DNA from: a virus
Lineage: Duplodnaviria > Heunggongvirae > Uroviricota > Caudoviricetes
DNA length: 64,000 bases
Reading direction: 5' to 3' (one strand)
IMG/VR virus record: IMGVR_UViG_3300044591_001876
Coordinates: 11,134-75,133 of that record
Numbering within the stretch: position 1 is the stretch's first letter; the number at the start of each line of letters is the position of its first letter. The notes under the pieces were generated by a model that worked only from the letters and a program-made list of their open reading frames with translations, searched no databases and had not been told where the DNA came from. Below, piece after piece: positions 45,873 to 54,959 of this stretch. The translations under genes were made by a program, and so were the position numbers.

Positions 45873-45907
45873 AACTGACACAAGAGGGTTGACACCCTCT
45901 TTTTTAT
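45873..45907 (+). terminator. Composite terminator/promoter: AGAGGG-TTGACA-CCCTCT-TTTTTAT hairpin with -35 in loop, 17-nt spacer, TATACT
   Basis: 6-bp perfect stem, loop = TTGACA (45879-45884), T-run, -10 TATACT 45902-45907. Confidence 0.6.
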
Positions 45908-45940
45908 GGTCTATACTGACTTCAGTTCAAACAAAAAAAC

Positions 45941-46141
45941 ATGTCCAGTTCTTCCTCTTCCTCCAGCGGTATCGGTTTCCCTGGTCTGCTGACTGTTCTG
46001 TTTGTTGGTCTGAAACTTACTGGCCACATTACTTGGCCATGGGTGTGGGTGCTGTCGCCGTTGTGGATTAGTGCTCTTATCTTTCTTTGTGCTGTTGCCA
46101 CTATCGTGATTGTTGGTGTTATTACTGGTGCTTTCAAATGA
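45941..46141 (+). CDS. Small membrane protein (66 aa) with poly-Ser N-terminus
   Basis: MSSSSSSSSGIGFPGLLTVLFVGLKL... two hydrophobic helices. Confidence 0.45.
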   Translation: MSSSSSSSSGIGFPGLLTVLFVGLKLTGHITWPWVWVLSPLWISALIFLCAVATIVIVGVITGAFK

Positions 46142-46317
46142 TTGAAGCAATTGAAACCGCAATCTACGAAGGAAAAATCCTCTGTGGATTTTCTACTCGT
46201 GAAGAATGTAAAACCTTTATCAAAGAAAAATACCCAGATATTGACCCCTTTGATGTTGAGTTGAAAACTCAATATCTTACTTATAACAAACCTTATAATG
46301 GTGGAGTGCCCCGATGA
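46138..46317 (+). CDS. Hypothetical protein (59 aa)
   Basis: ATGA overlap. Confidence 0.4.
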   Translation: MIEAIETAIYEGKILCGFSTREECKTFIKEKYPDIDPFDVELKTQYLTYNKPYNGGVPR

Positions 46318-46456
46318 GAAGTTTTTTTGAGGAATATGTTGCTATTCCACTTGGCATTCTGATGTTGATTTTTATTGCTCCAACTGCGGTGCTTGGTGGA
46401 CTGAAACTTGCCGCAACTTTAGTTGATATGACTCCTGCTTGTGAGGTGAGCAAATG
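46314..46456 (+). CDS. Small membrane protein (47 aa)
   Basis: ATGA overlap; hydrophobic IPLGILMLIFIAPTAVLGGL. Confidence 0.3.
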
Positions 46457-46636
46457 AAACCAAAGTATCATGTGATTCTTGAATTAGCAATCGAGCAGGG
46501 TGTTCAACGTGGTTGGCGTCTTGCTCACAAACATGTAGAAAATCCTGAAGAGCATGTAATCATTGATCGTATCAATGATGCTGTGATGTCTGCTATTACT
46601 GATTACTTTACCTTTGAAGATTCTGATTTCGTATGA
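46454..46636 (+). CDS. Hypothetical protein (60 aa)
   Basis: ORF. Confidence 0.4.
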   Translation: MKPKYHVILELAIEQGVQRGWRLAHKHVENPEEHVIIDRINDAVMSAITDYFTFEDSDFV

Positions 46637-47676
46637 ACACCGTCCGTAAACTTGCTTCCATTAAACCTATTACTTACATCAAACCCATTGAAGGTGCTGA
46701 TGCTATTGAGTGTGCTATCGTGGATGGTGGTTGGCCAGTAGTGGTCAAGAAAGGTGAGTATAAAGTTGGTGATATTGCTATCTACCTTGAGATTGATAGT
46801 TGGGTGCCTCATGAACTTGCTCCATTCCTCAGTAAGGGTCAAGAACCCCGTGAGTATAATGGTGTGAAGGGTGAACGTCTCAAAACTGTTAAACTTCGTG
46901 GTCAAGTAAGTCAGGGTCTTTTGCTGCCGATTGAACTTACTTTCTGGCGTGATATTGGCACCGACCTTACCGAATCGCTGGGTATTCAGAAGTGGGAACC
47001 GCCCATCCCTGCTCAACTTCAGGGAACGATGAAGGGTAACTTCCCCCACTTCATTCCTAAAACTGACCAGGAGCGTTGCCAAAACCTTCGTAAAGACATC
47101 TTTGAGGAGCACGAAGGTGAAACCTATGAAGTAACTCTCAAACTTGATGGTAGCAGCACCACCATTTATATCAAAGATGGTGAGATTGGTGTGTGTTCTC
47201 GGAACATTGACCTTAAGGAAACTGAGGGTAATAGTTTCTGGAAAGCAGCACGGGAACAGAACATCATTGAACCTTTGCTTGAACTGAGCAAAGAGAAAGG
47301 TGAAGAGTATGCCATTCAAGGTGAGTTGATTGGTGAGGGTATTCAGGGTAATCCCGAGAAACTCAAAGGTCAGCGTTTCTACCTGTTTGACATCTACAGC
47401 ATCACTGAAGGTCGTTATTTTGAACCATTTGAGCGTTATACCGTTCTTGACCAACTGAGGATGCTTGGTGCTGATGTGGAGCATGTTCCTATCATTGACC
47501 AACACGTTTTTGTTACCCAACAATACGAAACCATTGACGACCTTCTTAACTTTGCCGAAGGTCCATCGCTGAACCCACAGACCAAACGTGAAGGTATCGT
47601 ATTCAAATCGTGGGATAGTGATTTCACTTTCAAAGCGATTGCTAACTCGTATCTCCTAAAGCATAAAGACCGATGA
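46633..47676 (+). CDS. ATP-dependent RNA ligase, N-terminal OB-like domain + nucleotidyltransferase (DraRnl/Rnl5-like)
   Basis: KLDGSSTTIYIKDGEIGVCSRN = ligase motif I KxDG; 347 aa; N-terminal ~100-aa domain precedes NTase as in DRB0094-family RNA ligases. Confidence 0.65.
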   Translation: MNTVRKLASIKPITYIKPIEGADAIECAIVDGGWPVVVKKGEYKVGDIAIYLEIDSWVPHELAPFLSKGQEPREYNGVKGERLKTVKLRGQVSQGLLLPIELTFWRDIGTDLTESLGIQKWEPPIPAQLQGTMKGNFPHFIPKTDQERCQNLRKDIFEEHEGETYEVTLKLDGSSTTIYIKDGEIGVCSRNIDLKETEGNSFWKAAREQNIIEPLLELSKEKGEEYAIQGELIGEGIQGNPEKLKGQRFYLFDIYSITEGRYFEPFERYTVLDQLRMLGADVEHVPIIDQHVFVTQQYETIDDLLNFAEGPSLNPQTKREGIVFKSWDSDFTFKAIANSYLLKHKDR

Positions 47677-47954
47677 ATGAAGAAGAACTCCCAGTATCAA
47701 ACGAATTCATTACATTTGTAAGAATTCAACTTGACCACGAACAAAAGCAACAACTCAATCGTTTCCTCAATCTCCATTATCTAGGTGATGTAAATTGTAA
47801 TGAGTATGATGAGAACTTCAAACTTGTTCCCAAATACCCAGAGAAAGAAACACAAGAGTTCAAAGATGCTATGTGGAGAGCAGGTATGTGTGTAGATTAT
47901 CAAGTCAAAGTAGTGTATGATGTGAATGGTGGTTGTAAATTGGAGTTGCTATGA
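47673..47954 (+). CDS. Hypothetical protein (93 aa)
   Basis: ATGA overlap. Confidence 0.45.
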   Translation: MNEEELPVSNEFITFVRIQLDHEQKQQLNRFLNLHYLGDVNCNEYDENFKLVPKYPEKETQEFKDAMWRAGMCVDYQVKVVYDVNGGCKLELL

Positions 47955-48220
47955 AGTTATTTCAATACGATAAAAAAGTTTGGGGTGATGGTGAAACCTC
48001 TCATACTTGGCAGTTTGTTATTCTCAAAAATCGTTCATTCCTGTGGATGAATTATGAAAATCCTACCGCTCATCATTGGTCTTCTGGTGGATTTCATATC
48101 ACACTTTCTTTTCTTGCCAGTTCTCTTTTTGGTGTAGAACTTAATAACGACAAACAATCTCTTGCTTTTGAATTTTTCACAGAATACTTTGAGGGGTGGG
48201 ATGATGACTTATCGTGCTGA
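47951..48220 (+). CDS. Hypothetical protein (89 aa)
   Basis: ATGA overlap. Confidence 0.4.
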   Translation: MKLFQYDKKVWGDGETSHTWQFVILKNRSFLWMNYENPTAHHWSSGGFHITLSFLASSLFGVELNNDKQSLAFEFFTEYFEGWDDDLSC

Positions 48221-48401
48221 AGAAATCTGGGAAGCATTCTGTGGGGAGCTTATTGTAGCACCCACAGAGGATATGAGACAGGCACTTGCTACTTCTATTA
48301 GAGTAATTGCCGAACGAATGTATACTGATTTGGGTGAACTACAACACCCGTCCACTGTTCTTGAAGAAATTGCTGATGAGGTGGATGAGAACTATGACTG
48401 A
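48207..48401 (+). CDS. Small protein, paralog A (MMTYRAEEIWEAFCGELIVAPTEDMRQALATSIRVI...)
   Basis: ~50% identical to ORF 48770. Confidence 0.4.
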   Translation, partial: TYRAEEIWEAFCGELIVAPTEDMRQALATSIRVIAERMYTDLGELQHPSTVLEEIADEVDENYD

Positions 48402-48564
48402 AAGAGCAAAAAGAATTATGAAAGCATACGAAGCAGAGGATACATACAACTTTCCAAATGATGGAGTTGCTGCTGCTCTCCGTAAGGTTGTAGAAGAACT
48501 CAAGTATATCGGTATTACTGAAAAGAACATCCTTGAACTTGCTGATGAATTGGAGGCACTCTAA
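48398..48564 (+). CDS. Hypothetical protein (55 aa)
   Basis: ATGA overlap; ends ...LEAL. Confidence 0.35.
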
Positions 48565-48773
48565 TGATTTTAGATGAAGAAATCCGTGAACTTGCTAACA
48601 CCTATGGGTTTGATAGACACATATGTAAAACAACACACGACATTTACTGGGAATGTGATGAAAAAGACTTCTTGAAGTTTGCCCAAAAAATCTATCAAAT
48701 GGGTTATGATGATGGTTGCTACGAAACATCTTATTCTACTGGATACACTGGACTTTTTGGGGAACCACAATGA
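48564..48773 (+). CDS. Hypothetical Cys-containing protein (69 aa)
   Basis: ORF. Confidence 0.4.
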   Translation: MILDEEIRELANTYGFDRHICKTTHDIYWECDEKDFLKFAQKIYQMGYDDGCYETSYSTGYTGLFGEPQ

Positions 48774-48979
48774 TGACTAACACAGCACACCAAATCTGGG
48801 AAACATTCAAAGCAGAATTGATTGTAGAACCTACAGATGATATGAAACAAGCATTAGCATCTTCTATTCGTGTGATTTCTTCTCTCATTCATAGAGATGG
48901 AGTGCTTGCAAATGAACCTTGGCTTACTCATACTGCTCAAGAACTAAATGAAATCTCTTATGATGTGGAGGCACTATGA
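48770..48979 (+). CDS. Small protein, paralog B (MMTNTAHQIWETFKAELIVEPTDDMKQALASSIRVI...)
   Basis: Paralog of 48207. Confidence 0.4.
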   Translation: MMTNTAHQIWETFKAELIVEPTDDMKQALASSIRVISSLIHRDGVLANEPWLTHTAQELNEISYDVEAL

Positions 48980-49143
48980 AACTCTACCGATACAAGAAAG
49001 ACGGACACCTTTATACTCTCTATGAGCAGTTAAGACCATTCTATAATCTTGTAGCAGTTCCTTATTTTCCCAATCAAGGTATTCTTGCTAAAAGTAAGAG
49101 GAGTATTTCTATGAATGACTTTATTGTGGTTGCTGAACGATGA
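48976..49143 (+). CDS. Hypothetical protein (55 aa)
   Basis: ATGA overlap; below track cutoff. Confidence 0.3.
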   Translation: MKLYRYKKDGHLYTLYEQLRPFYNLVAVPYFPNQGILAKSKRSISMNDFIVVAER

Positions 49144-49274
49144 CTGAACCAACCGACGAACAACTTGATGAACTCTGGGATGAGATCGGGGGGTATTACA
49201 ATCTTTATCCCGAAGTTAGAAATACTATTCGTGAAGCACTCAATCGTTGGGGAAATGTGGAGGCACTGGAATGA
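49140..49274 (+). CDS. Hypothetical protein (44 aa)
   Basis: ATGA overlap both ends; ends ...VEALE. Confidence 0.3.
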   Translation: MTEPTDEQLDELWDEIGGYYNLYPEVRNTIREALNRWGNVEALE

Positions 49275-49474
49275 TTGAACTCCTCAAAACTCCAATAAGA
49301 TATGTGATAGATACTCAAAATAAAAAAATTTCTCTTCATCGAGAGGAAGACTTTGAAGTATTATCTTTCAATACCACTGATGAGTTTATACATGCTCTAA
49401 CATCTATTCGCAAAACAAACAACATTATCTGGTATGTAATTCCACCAGGATTGATTGAGGGTCCTCACAAATGA
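49271..49474 (+). CDS. Hypothetical protein (67 aa)
   Basis: ATGA overlap. Confidence 0.4.
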   Translation: MIELLKTPIRYVIDTQNKKISLHREEDFEVLSFNTTDEFIHALTSIRKTNNIIWYVIPPGLIEGPHK

Positions 49475-49650
49475 ACAAAGTTAAATTCGTAACGATCGCC
49501 CGCACAATTGATCCTAAGACACGTATTCATTATCTTGATGCTGTTGATGAGAATGGATACCACTGGTCTGCGCAAATGGAAACTGGTGTAGAGCCTTGGA
49601 TTACATACAAAGAAATTTGGAAAAAAGACCCACAGCAACCTTATGACTGA
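49471..49650 (+). CDS. Hypothetical protein (59 aa)
   Basis: ATGA overlap. Confidence 0.3.
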   Translation: MNKVKFVTIARTIDPKTRIHYLDAVDENGYHWSAQMETGVEPWITYKEIWKKDPQQPYD

Positions 49651-49858
49651 CCTCGAAAAACTATTAGAAAAACATAGTAGACGCCCACCATCGTTGTGGA
49701 ATGTGATGAGACATGAGTTGGGATACTCTATTGATATGTGCGATGAGATTGTGTCTGCTGTTGAAGAATGGTTGCCACCAGAACATCCCACGAATGACTA
49801 TCAATGGAATAAATGTGTTAGAATGATTCGTGAGAAACTTTGGGATCAACCAGAATGA
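49643..49858 (+). CDS. Hypothetical protein (71 aa)
   Basis: ORF. Confidence 0.4.
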   Translation: MTDLEKLLEKHSRRPPSLWNVMRHELGYSIDMCDEIVSAVEEWLPPEHPTNDYQWNKCVRMIREKLWDQPE

Positions 49859-50049
49859 CTAAAGAACAAATTGAAATCTTACGATCACTCATCCGTGGTG
49901 AGATTGAAGCAGCACTGATGAATGAAAATGGGTATCGTTTTGCTTTTGAGCAAGAGCAATCAAATGATCAAGGATGGGAAACCTTCATAGATAGTTTCAC
50001 ACGACTTAGAATGACAACAACAGGAGGTGATTCAGTTGGGAATGTTTGA
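49840..50049 (+). CDS. Hypothetical protein (69 aa)
   Basis: ORF. Confidence 0.4.
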   Translation: MGSTRMTKEQIEILRSLIRGEIEAALMNENGYRFAFEQEQSNDQGWETFIDSFTRLRMTTTGGDSVGNV

Positions 50050-50458
50050 CTATTTCCGATCATCGTATGATCTTGGAGAACCATTTACTGAAACTGTGTG
50101 TCAATCCAAAACATTTCATGAACACTACAGGGGATCTCTCGATCTATACTGGTTAGATCCATCGGGACGCCTGTGGGTTGTTGATGAAACTGACATATCC
50201 GACATGGTAGAATCTGATACTGCCTTCCTTGGCTTTGACTGGGTGCCAAACGGCAACCATGGCAAGGTTACACCTTGTCGGATCTCCAGAACTGTGGTAG
50301 TATACCCAGAGCAGTACAAAGGTCGGTGGGAAGACTGGCCCGAGTGCTCTCTCACTTTTTTCAATGGCAAATTACAACATTATGAAACAAGACCAAGACC
50401 TTTTCCCTCACAGCGGATTTCCAGTTCGTCTGGAGTATCAAGATGGCAAGGAACATAG
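50027..50458 (+). CDS. Hypothetical protein (143 aa)
   Basis: ORF; 3' end overlaps next gene. Confidence 0.35.
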   Translation: MIQLGMFDYFRSSYDLGEPFTETVCQSKTFHEHYRGSLDLYWLDPSGRLWVVDETDISDMVESDTAFLGFDWVPNGNHGKVTPCRISRTVVVYPEQYKGRWEDWPECSLTFFNGKLQHYETRPRPFPSQRISSSSGVSRWQGT

Positions 50459-50759
50459 AATCTGTTGGTTTCAATGCCAAAACCATCTGGAAAAGCATTT
50501 GACACGGTACAAGATCAAGGCAAAGGATGCTACCATTCATTACCAAGATCCTACTCTTGCTGTGCCACTTCCTGTAGTGGATAAGGAAGAACCTGTAGAA
50601 ACTCCGAAGAAACGTGGCAGGAAGCCCAAACAACAACTATTCTCTTCACTAGAACAATTCTTTGAACCAAATGAAAAAACTGTGGCACCTGTGGGCACTA
50701 GCACTGGGGGAGAAAGCACACAAAAAAGACGACGTGGCCGACCGAGTAGCAATCGTTAG
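50382..50759 (+). CDS. DNA-binding protein with two AT-hook motifs
   Basis: PKKRGRKPK and RRRGRPSS (GRP cores) in C-terminal third. Confidence 0.45.
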   Translation: MKQDQDLFPHSGFPVRLEYQDGKEHRICWFQCQNHLEKHLTRYKIKAKDATIHYQDPTLAVPLPVVDKEEPVETPKKRGRKPKQQLFSSLEQFFEPNEKTVAPVGTSTGGESTQKRRRGRPSSNR

Positions 50760-50866
50760 GACAATTATATTTGTTACATATTTTGTGACAAATGCTTTTA
50801 TCATTGCTGGAGTAGTTCGCCATTGGAACGATGCTCCAGCACAAATTATTATTGAAGGAGTACCAG

Positions 50867-51088
50867 ATGAGCAACCAGCAAGAACAAATTTTTTATGATG
50901 AAGGAGCATTTTATCTGAAGAAAACTCCATATGGACTTTGGCACTCTTTTGGCAAAGATGAGAAACCTATCATTACATCTCTCACAGAGGAACAATGTGT
51001 TAATGCTACTCGATGCTATCTTAAATGGTTGCAAGAAGGATTTCCCGAAGCACAAAAACACGAAGGAGTAGTAGGTGGAAAACTCTAA
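50867..51088 (+). CDS. Hypothetical protein (73 aa)
   Basis: ATG 50867 with GAAGGAG RBS. Confidence 0.45.
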   Translation: MSNQQEQIFYDEGAFYLKKTPYGLWHSFGKDEKPIITSLTEEQCVNATRCYLKWLQEGFPEAQKHEGVVGGKL

Positions 51089-51235
51089 ATATCCATATCA
51101 TGTGTTGGATCCAACGACACCCTGGTATGATTGGCTATGCTACTGCGAAATTTGTCATCAGTTACAAGTTGTGAACCAGCCAAAACTTGGTCGGTTTATA
51201 CGCTATCGTGAGTACCTTAAAGAAGTTGGAATTCT

Positions 51236-51748
51236 ATGAACATCTTTGTCACATCACCATGGCCAGCAGAATCTGCTTTGTGTCTTCCTGACAAACATAT
51301 TGTCAAGATGCCATTAGAATGCTGTCAAATGCTTTCGATAGTAGCATCTAAGTGGTATCACAATTATGGTCCTCTTCATAAATCCGATGCCACTCCCTAT
51401 GCTACAGAAAAGGGGGCATTCCGTAATCATCCATGTACACAATGGGCGGCAGAGTCTATCCATAATGCCTATTGGCTGATTAAACATGGAATGAATCTAT
51501 GTGATGAATTTGAACTTCGTTATGGAAAACCACATTCATGTTATTTTACTCTTTTGGAAGCATATTACCTGTTTCCCAAGGGCAAAATTACAGAAGTAAC
51601 ACCATTTGCCCGTGCTATGCCAGATGAATTTAAACTTGACACAAGCATTGACACTTTTACTGCTTACAAGATGTATATTTCGTCCAAACCTTGGGTTGCA
51701 TCTAATTATCTTCGTATGCCAGAACGTAAGCCCGAGTGGGTAGCATAA
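51236..51748 (+). CDS. Hypothetical protein (170 aa), Cys/His-containing
   Basis: ORF. Confidence 0.5.
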   Translation: MNIFVTSPWPAESALCLPDKHIVKMPLECCQMLSIVASKWYHNYGPLHKSDATPYATEKGAFRNHPCTQWAAESIHNAYWLIKHGMNLCDEFELRYGKPHSCYFTLLEAYYLFPKGKITEVTPFARAMPDEFKLDTSIDTFTAYKMYISSKPWVASNYLRMPERKPEWVA

Positions 51749-51750
51749 TT

Positions 51751-51930
51751 ATGTCTGAATATAATTTTGAATATGAATCTTTACAGGATAGAATCAGCTA
51801 TCTTGAGAATGAGGTGGAGCGTCTCAAGTCGGAACTGATTGAGACAGATAATACCATCTACGAGATCCTGAACAGGCTTGACACCCTGGATGGAATGACG
51901 TATAATAGCGAGAGATTCAAATGGAGATGA
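51751..51930 (+). CDS. Hypothetical coiled-coil protein (59 aa)
   Basis: ATG 51751 (track uses GTG 51736). Confidence 0.4.
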   Translation: MSEYNFEYESLQDRISYLENEVERLKSELIETDNTIYEILNRLDTLDGMTYNSERFKWR

Positions 51931-52274
51931 CCATGACCACATACAAAGATGTCTGGGACACGATGAATGAGCTTGACATGATGACATCCAAAATTGGATA
52001 TATCAAAACAAGCATTGATACTGCTCTTGAAGCAATTGACAATCGGGATTATCAAAAAGCAGAATCTTTGATGTTTATGTGTTCTGAATTTGTTGAGTAT
52101 TATCTTCAAGATTACGATACCAAATTTCAACGTGCTTGGGCAACAACCACCGCTGTTGGCAAAGAACTTGATGACGTGAGGGCAAAACTCTCTCGCCTTG
52201 AAAATCCAGACAATCCTCACTACACAGAAGAAGAAATGGAAGCAATGACCAACGAAATCGAAATTGAGCAATGA
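51921..52274 (+). CDS. Hypothetical protein (117 aa)
   Basis: ORF. Confidence 0.45.
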   Translation: MEMTMTTYKDVWDTMNELDMMTSKIGYIKTSIDTALEAIDNRDYQKAESLMFMCSEFVEYYLQDYDTKFQRAWATTTAVGKELDDVRAKLSRLENPDNPHYTEEEMEAMTNEIEIEQ

Positions 52275-52543
52275 AACAAATACATTTGTTTGTACAAGAA
52301 GGGTGTCGTCCCTGTCTGTATGCCGAAACACAACTAAAAAAAGTTGAAGGCTGGGAGAATGTGATTACTATTACGAATGCCAAAGAGAATGGCGAATGGT
52401 CTCAGTTTGCCAAAGATTGTGGTGTTGAAGCAACACCAACGCTTGTGGCGTTGATCGATGGCAACATTGTTGCTCGTATGGCTGGATCACAACATATGAC
52501 TAGTACATTCTGGGAAACTACAATTTATAATCATGGAAAGTAA
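52271..52543 (+). CDS. Thioredoxin/glutaredoxin-like protein (CxxC)
   Basis: EGCRPC active-site-like CxxC at aa 11-14 and downstream ATPTLV (cis-Pro region); 90 aa. Confidence 0.55.
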   Translation: MKQIHLFVQEGCRPCLYAETQLKKVEGWENVITITNAKENGEWSQFAKDCGVEATPTLVALIDGNIVARMAGSQHMTSTFWETTIYNHGK

Positions 52544-52808
52544 TGATCTTTTTGTGTGTCAGTGTGGTGAGATAGATCATCAACTGGTGCTATCATTTGA
52601 TGCTGGTCCAGATTTCAATGATACTATTTGGTTTCATGTACATCTGTCTGACCTTGGCATTTTGAATCGTATCAAATATGCTTTCTTATACATATTTGGT
52701 AAAAAATCTAGGTATGGTGGCGGAGCATTTGCTGAGGTTCTACTAGACAAACAAACAACTAAAGAATTTATTGATACATTAACTAAACACTACGAGGTAA
52801 TGAAGTAA
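52533..52808 (+). CDS. Hypothetical protein (91 aa)
   Basis: ORF. Confidence 0.4.
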   Translation: MESNDLFVCQCGEIDHQLVLSFDAGPDFNDTIWFHVHLSDLGILNRIKYAFLYIFGKKSRYGGGAFAEVLLDKQTTKEFIDTLTKHYEVMK

Positions 52809-53026
52809 TGGCACTGTCCGAATCTGTAGCAACCAGTTTAAAAGAAGCTGAAGCATCGCTTCGTAATGCTCTTGCTTATGCTGCTCGCCAAGAACGTCCG
52901 CTTGTGTGTAAAACCATCTCTGCTATGATTGGGGACATTGATTCTCTCATGAAAATTGATGAGTTCATCGACAAGCTAGAAGAGCGTATGGATGGTGGCA
53001 AGGGCATGTTTGGTCCCTTTACATAA
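52808..53026 (+). CDS. Hypothetical protein (72 aa)
   Basis: ORF. Confidence 0.4.
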   Translation: MALSESVATSLKEAEASLRNALAYAARQERPLVCKTISAMIGDIDSLMKIDEFIDKLEERMDGGKGMFGPFT

Positions 53027-53118
53027 CTTCACACAAATATAAAAACATTATAAAGGCATCAATACATTTCGATTAAATAGATGTATAATGTGTTGAAACG
53101 CTGACACAAGAGGTAACC

Positions 53119-53283
53119 ATGACTCTCCCAAAACAACCAAATAGTAGTCTCAACAATGAAGAATGGAATGAGATGGTTGCCTTAAGGAACGCCATTCATG
53201 ACCTTCCCCAGTCAGTTTCTCCAGAAAAAATGGAACAATTTACAGCGTATCTTGTGAGAAGCATCCGAGAAAATGGTGGGTGA
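53119..53283 (+). CDS. Hypothetical protein (54 aa)
   Basis: ATG 53119 with AGAGG RBS, extended -10 TGTATAAT at 53082-53089. Confidence 0.3.
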   Translation: MTLPKQPNSSLNNEEWNEMVALRNAIHDLPQSVSPEKMEQFTAYLVRSIRENGG

Positions 53284-53302
53284 CAGTTGAGCAAGTGGCA
53301 CA

Positions 53303-53337
53303 GGGGGCTTGACGCCCCCTTTGTTTTGCCCTATATT
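53303..53337 (+). terminator. Composite terminator/promoter: GGGGGC-TTGAC-GCCCCC-TTTGTTTT, 17-nt spacer, TATATT
   Basis: 6-bp G/C stem with -35 TTGACG (53309-53314) in loop; -10 53332-53337. Confidence 0.55.
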
Positions 53338-53361
53338 AAGTGAGTCAACAACAGAGGACCA

Positions 53362-53818
53362 CATGGCAACCCGCTCACGAATCGGCATCATGCTTCCCGA
53401 CGAATCTGTGCTCTCGGTGTACCACCACTGGGATGGCTACCCAGAGTGGCTTGGTCGTATTCTCAAGACCCACTACAACAGCCGTGAGAAAGCGTCTGAA
53501 CTGATCGACGGCGGTGATATGAGTTCCTGCTGGACTGAAGATCGTTGGACTACTGAAACCATTCAGTTGAATCCTTATGTTTCTGAAGCAAATACTTCTA
53601 CGAAAGAAGTAGAATACGGTCCTCAGTATTATTCTCAGCGTGGCGATGATTGCCCCCCTCGGCATGATGACAACAAGTATGATTATCTTGCCGATGGCGA
53701 GGAGTATGCTTACCTGTTCACTCTCGATGGCGAGTGGATCTGCTATGATCGCCACCAGTTTGAAGAGAACACTATGCCCACCATTGCTGAGATTCCTTCG
53801 GGAGCACTGGCAGTCTGA
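53362..53818 (+). CDS. Hypothetical protein (152 aa)
   Basis: ATG 53362 with AGAGGA RBS (track uses TTG 53309 inside the promoter). Confidence 0.5.
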
Positions 53819-54227
53819 CAACTGGCACACACCACCCCACAACGGGGTGGTTTCACCCCTATAATGAGTAGGTACTCAAGCAAACGACATGGTTACTGAC
53901 ACCACCCAAGACGCTCAGATCCGCCACACCATCCGAATGGCAGTGCTGGACATGGATCTCCGTCTGCTCCAGCGTATTGCCTACGAGGTTCGTTGTGAAG
54001 AGATGGGTATTCACCCTGATACTTGGCAACTGTTCCCCATTGAAGACTGATTGTAAACCTTATTATTTTATTACCATGAGCAAGCAACTTCTGATCTCCA
54101 TGCTTCGTAAAGGCGCCAACGGTCAAGAAATTCTCAACATTCTTGACGTTATTGCCAGTGATACTGTGACAGAAGACAACAGCGAATCTTTCGCTGCTCC
54201 TACCCTCGACGAAATTTCTTTCTGATT

Positions 54228-54512
54228 ATGATTTCTCTTCCCGTGATCGACCAACCAATCGTTGAAGATACGAATGATAATCTTCACATTGATCAGAATG
54301 ATCTTAACATTACACTGACTTATACTGAGCATGAAATGCTCTGTGATGTATTGCTTCAAGCAGTTGAAATTATTAGTTTTGCTTGTCCTTATGGGTATTT
54401 TGATTTGCCCATGGACAGCGAACTGATTCAACGATTCTCTACCATTGAGAATCTTCGTGAACGCTTCAATCATGCCTGGTCCGATCGCTTTAACAACAAT
54501 GAAATTCACTGA
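54228..54512 (+). CDS. Hypothetical protein (94 aa)
   Basis: ORF. Confidence 0.4.
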   Translation: MISLPVIDQPIVEDTNDNLHIDQNDLNITLTYTEHEMLCDVLLQAVEIISFACPYGYFDLPMDSELIQRFSTIENLRERFNHAWSDRFNNNEIH

Positions 54513-54774
54513 TCTTGACTTCCAACCCCATCCCACCTATGCTACTGATGGGGTTCAAGCAAAGCACATCTTTCCCAATGGTTATGGTGTGAGTGTGGTA
54601 CGATTTCCTGGATCCTATGGTTATTCTCAGGATCTGTATGAAGTAGCAGTCATCAAAGGTACGGTAGATGACTTTGAACTGTGCTATGATACTCCCATCA
54701 CTGAGGATGTTCTTGGTCATCGTGATGAGCAAGATGTAGAAATCATTATGGAAGAGGTTGCTGCTTTGACATGA
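54499..54774 (+). CDS. Hypothetical protein (91 aa)
   Basis: ATG 54499 overlapping upstream stop. Confidence 0.4.
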   Translation: MKFTDLDFQPHPTYATDGVQAKHIFPNGYGVSVVRFPGSYGYSQDLYEVAVIKGTVDDFELCYDTPITEDVLGHRDEQDVEIIMEEVAALT

Positions 54775-54932
54775 TTGCTCGTATTCTTGGTACTGGAGCA
54801 GGTGTATTTCTCATCCTGCTGATTCTATTGTCGAGGGGCATTCCAGTATTATTCTTTATGAAGATGCTGCCCCTCGTTCTTCTTCTTATCGTAGCAGCAG
54901 CGTTAATCTACGCGGGTGTTACTTCTGACTAA
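54771..54932 (+). CDS. Small membrane protein (53 aa)
   Basis: ATGA overlap; two hydrophobic helices. Confidence 0.3.
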   Translation: MIARILGTGAGVFLILLILLSRGIPVLFFMKMLPLVLLLIVAAALIYAGVTSD

Positions 54933-54959
54933 TTCTTGTTCTTTACTCCCTAACTAACT

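Noticed and set aside
46603-47523. 306-aa minus-strand ORF
   Set aside because: Fully antisense to the well-supported RNA ligase gene (KxDG motif) on +. Every other gene in the window is on +. No start context.
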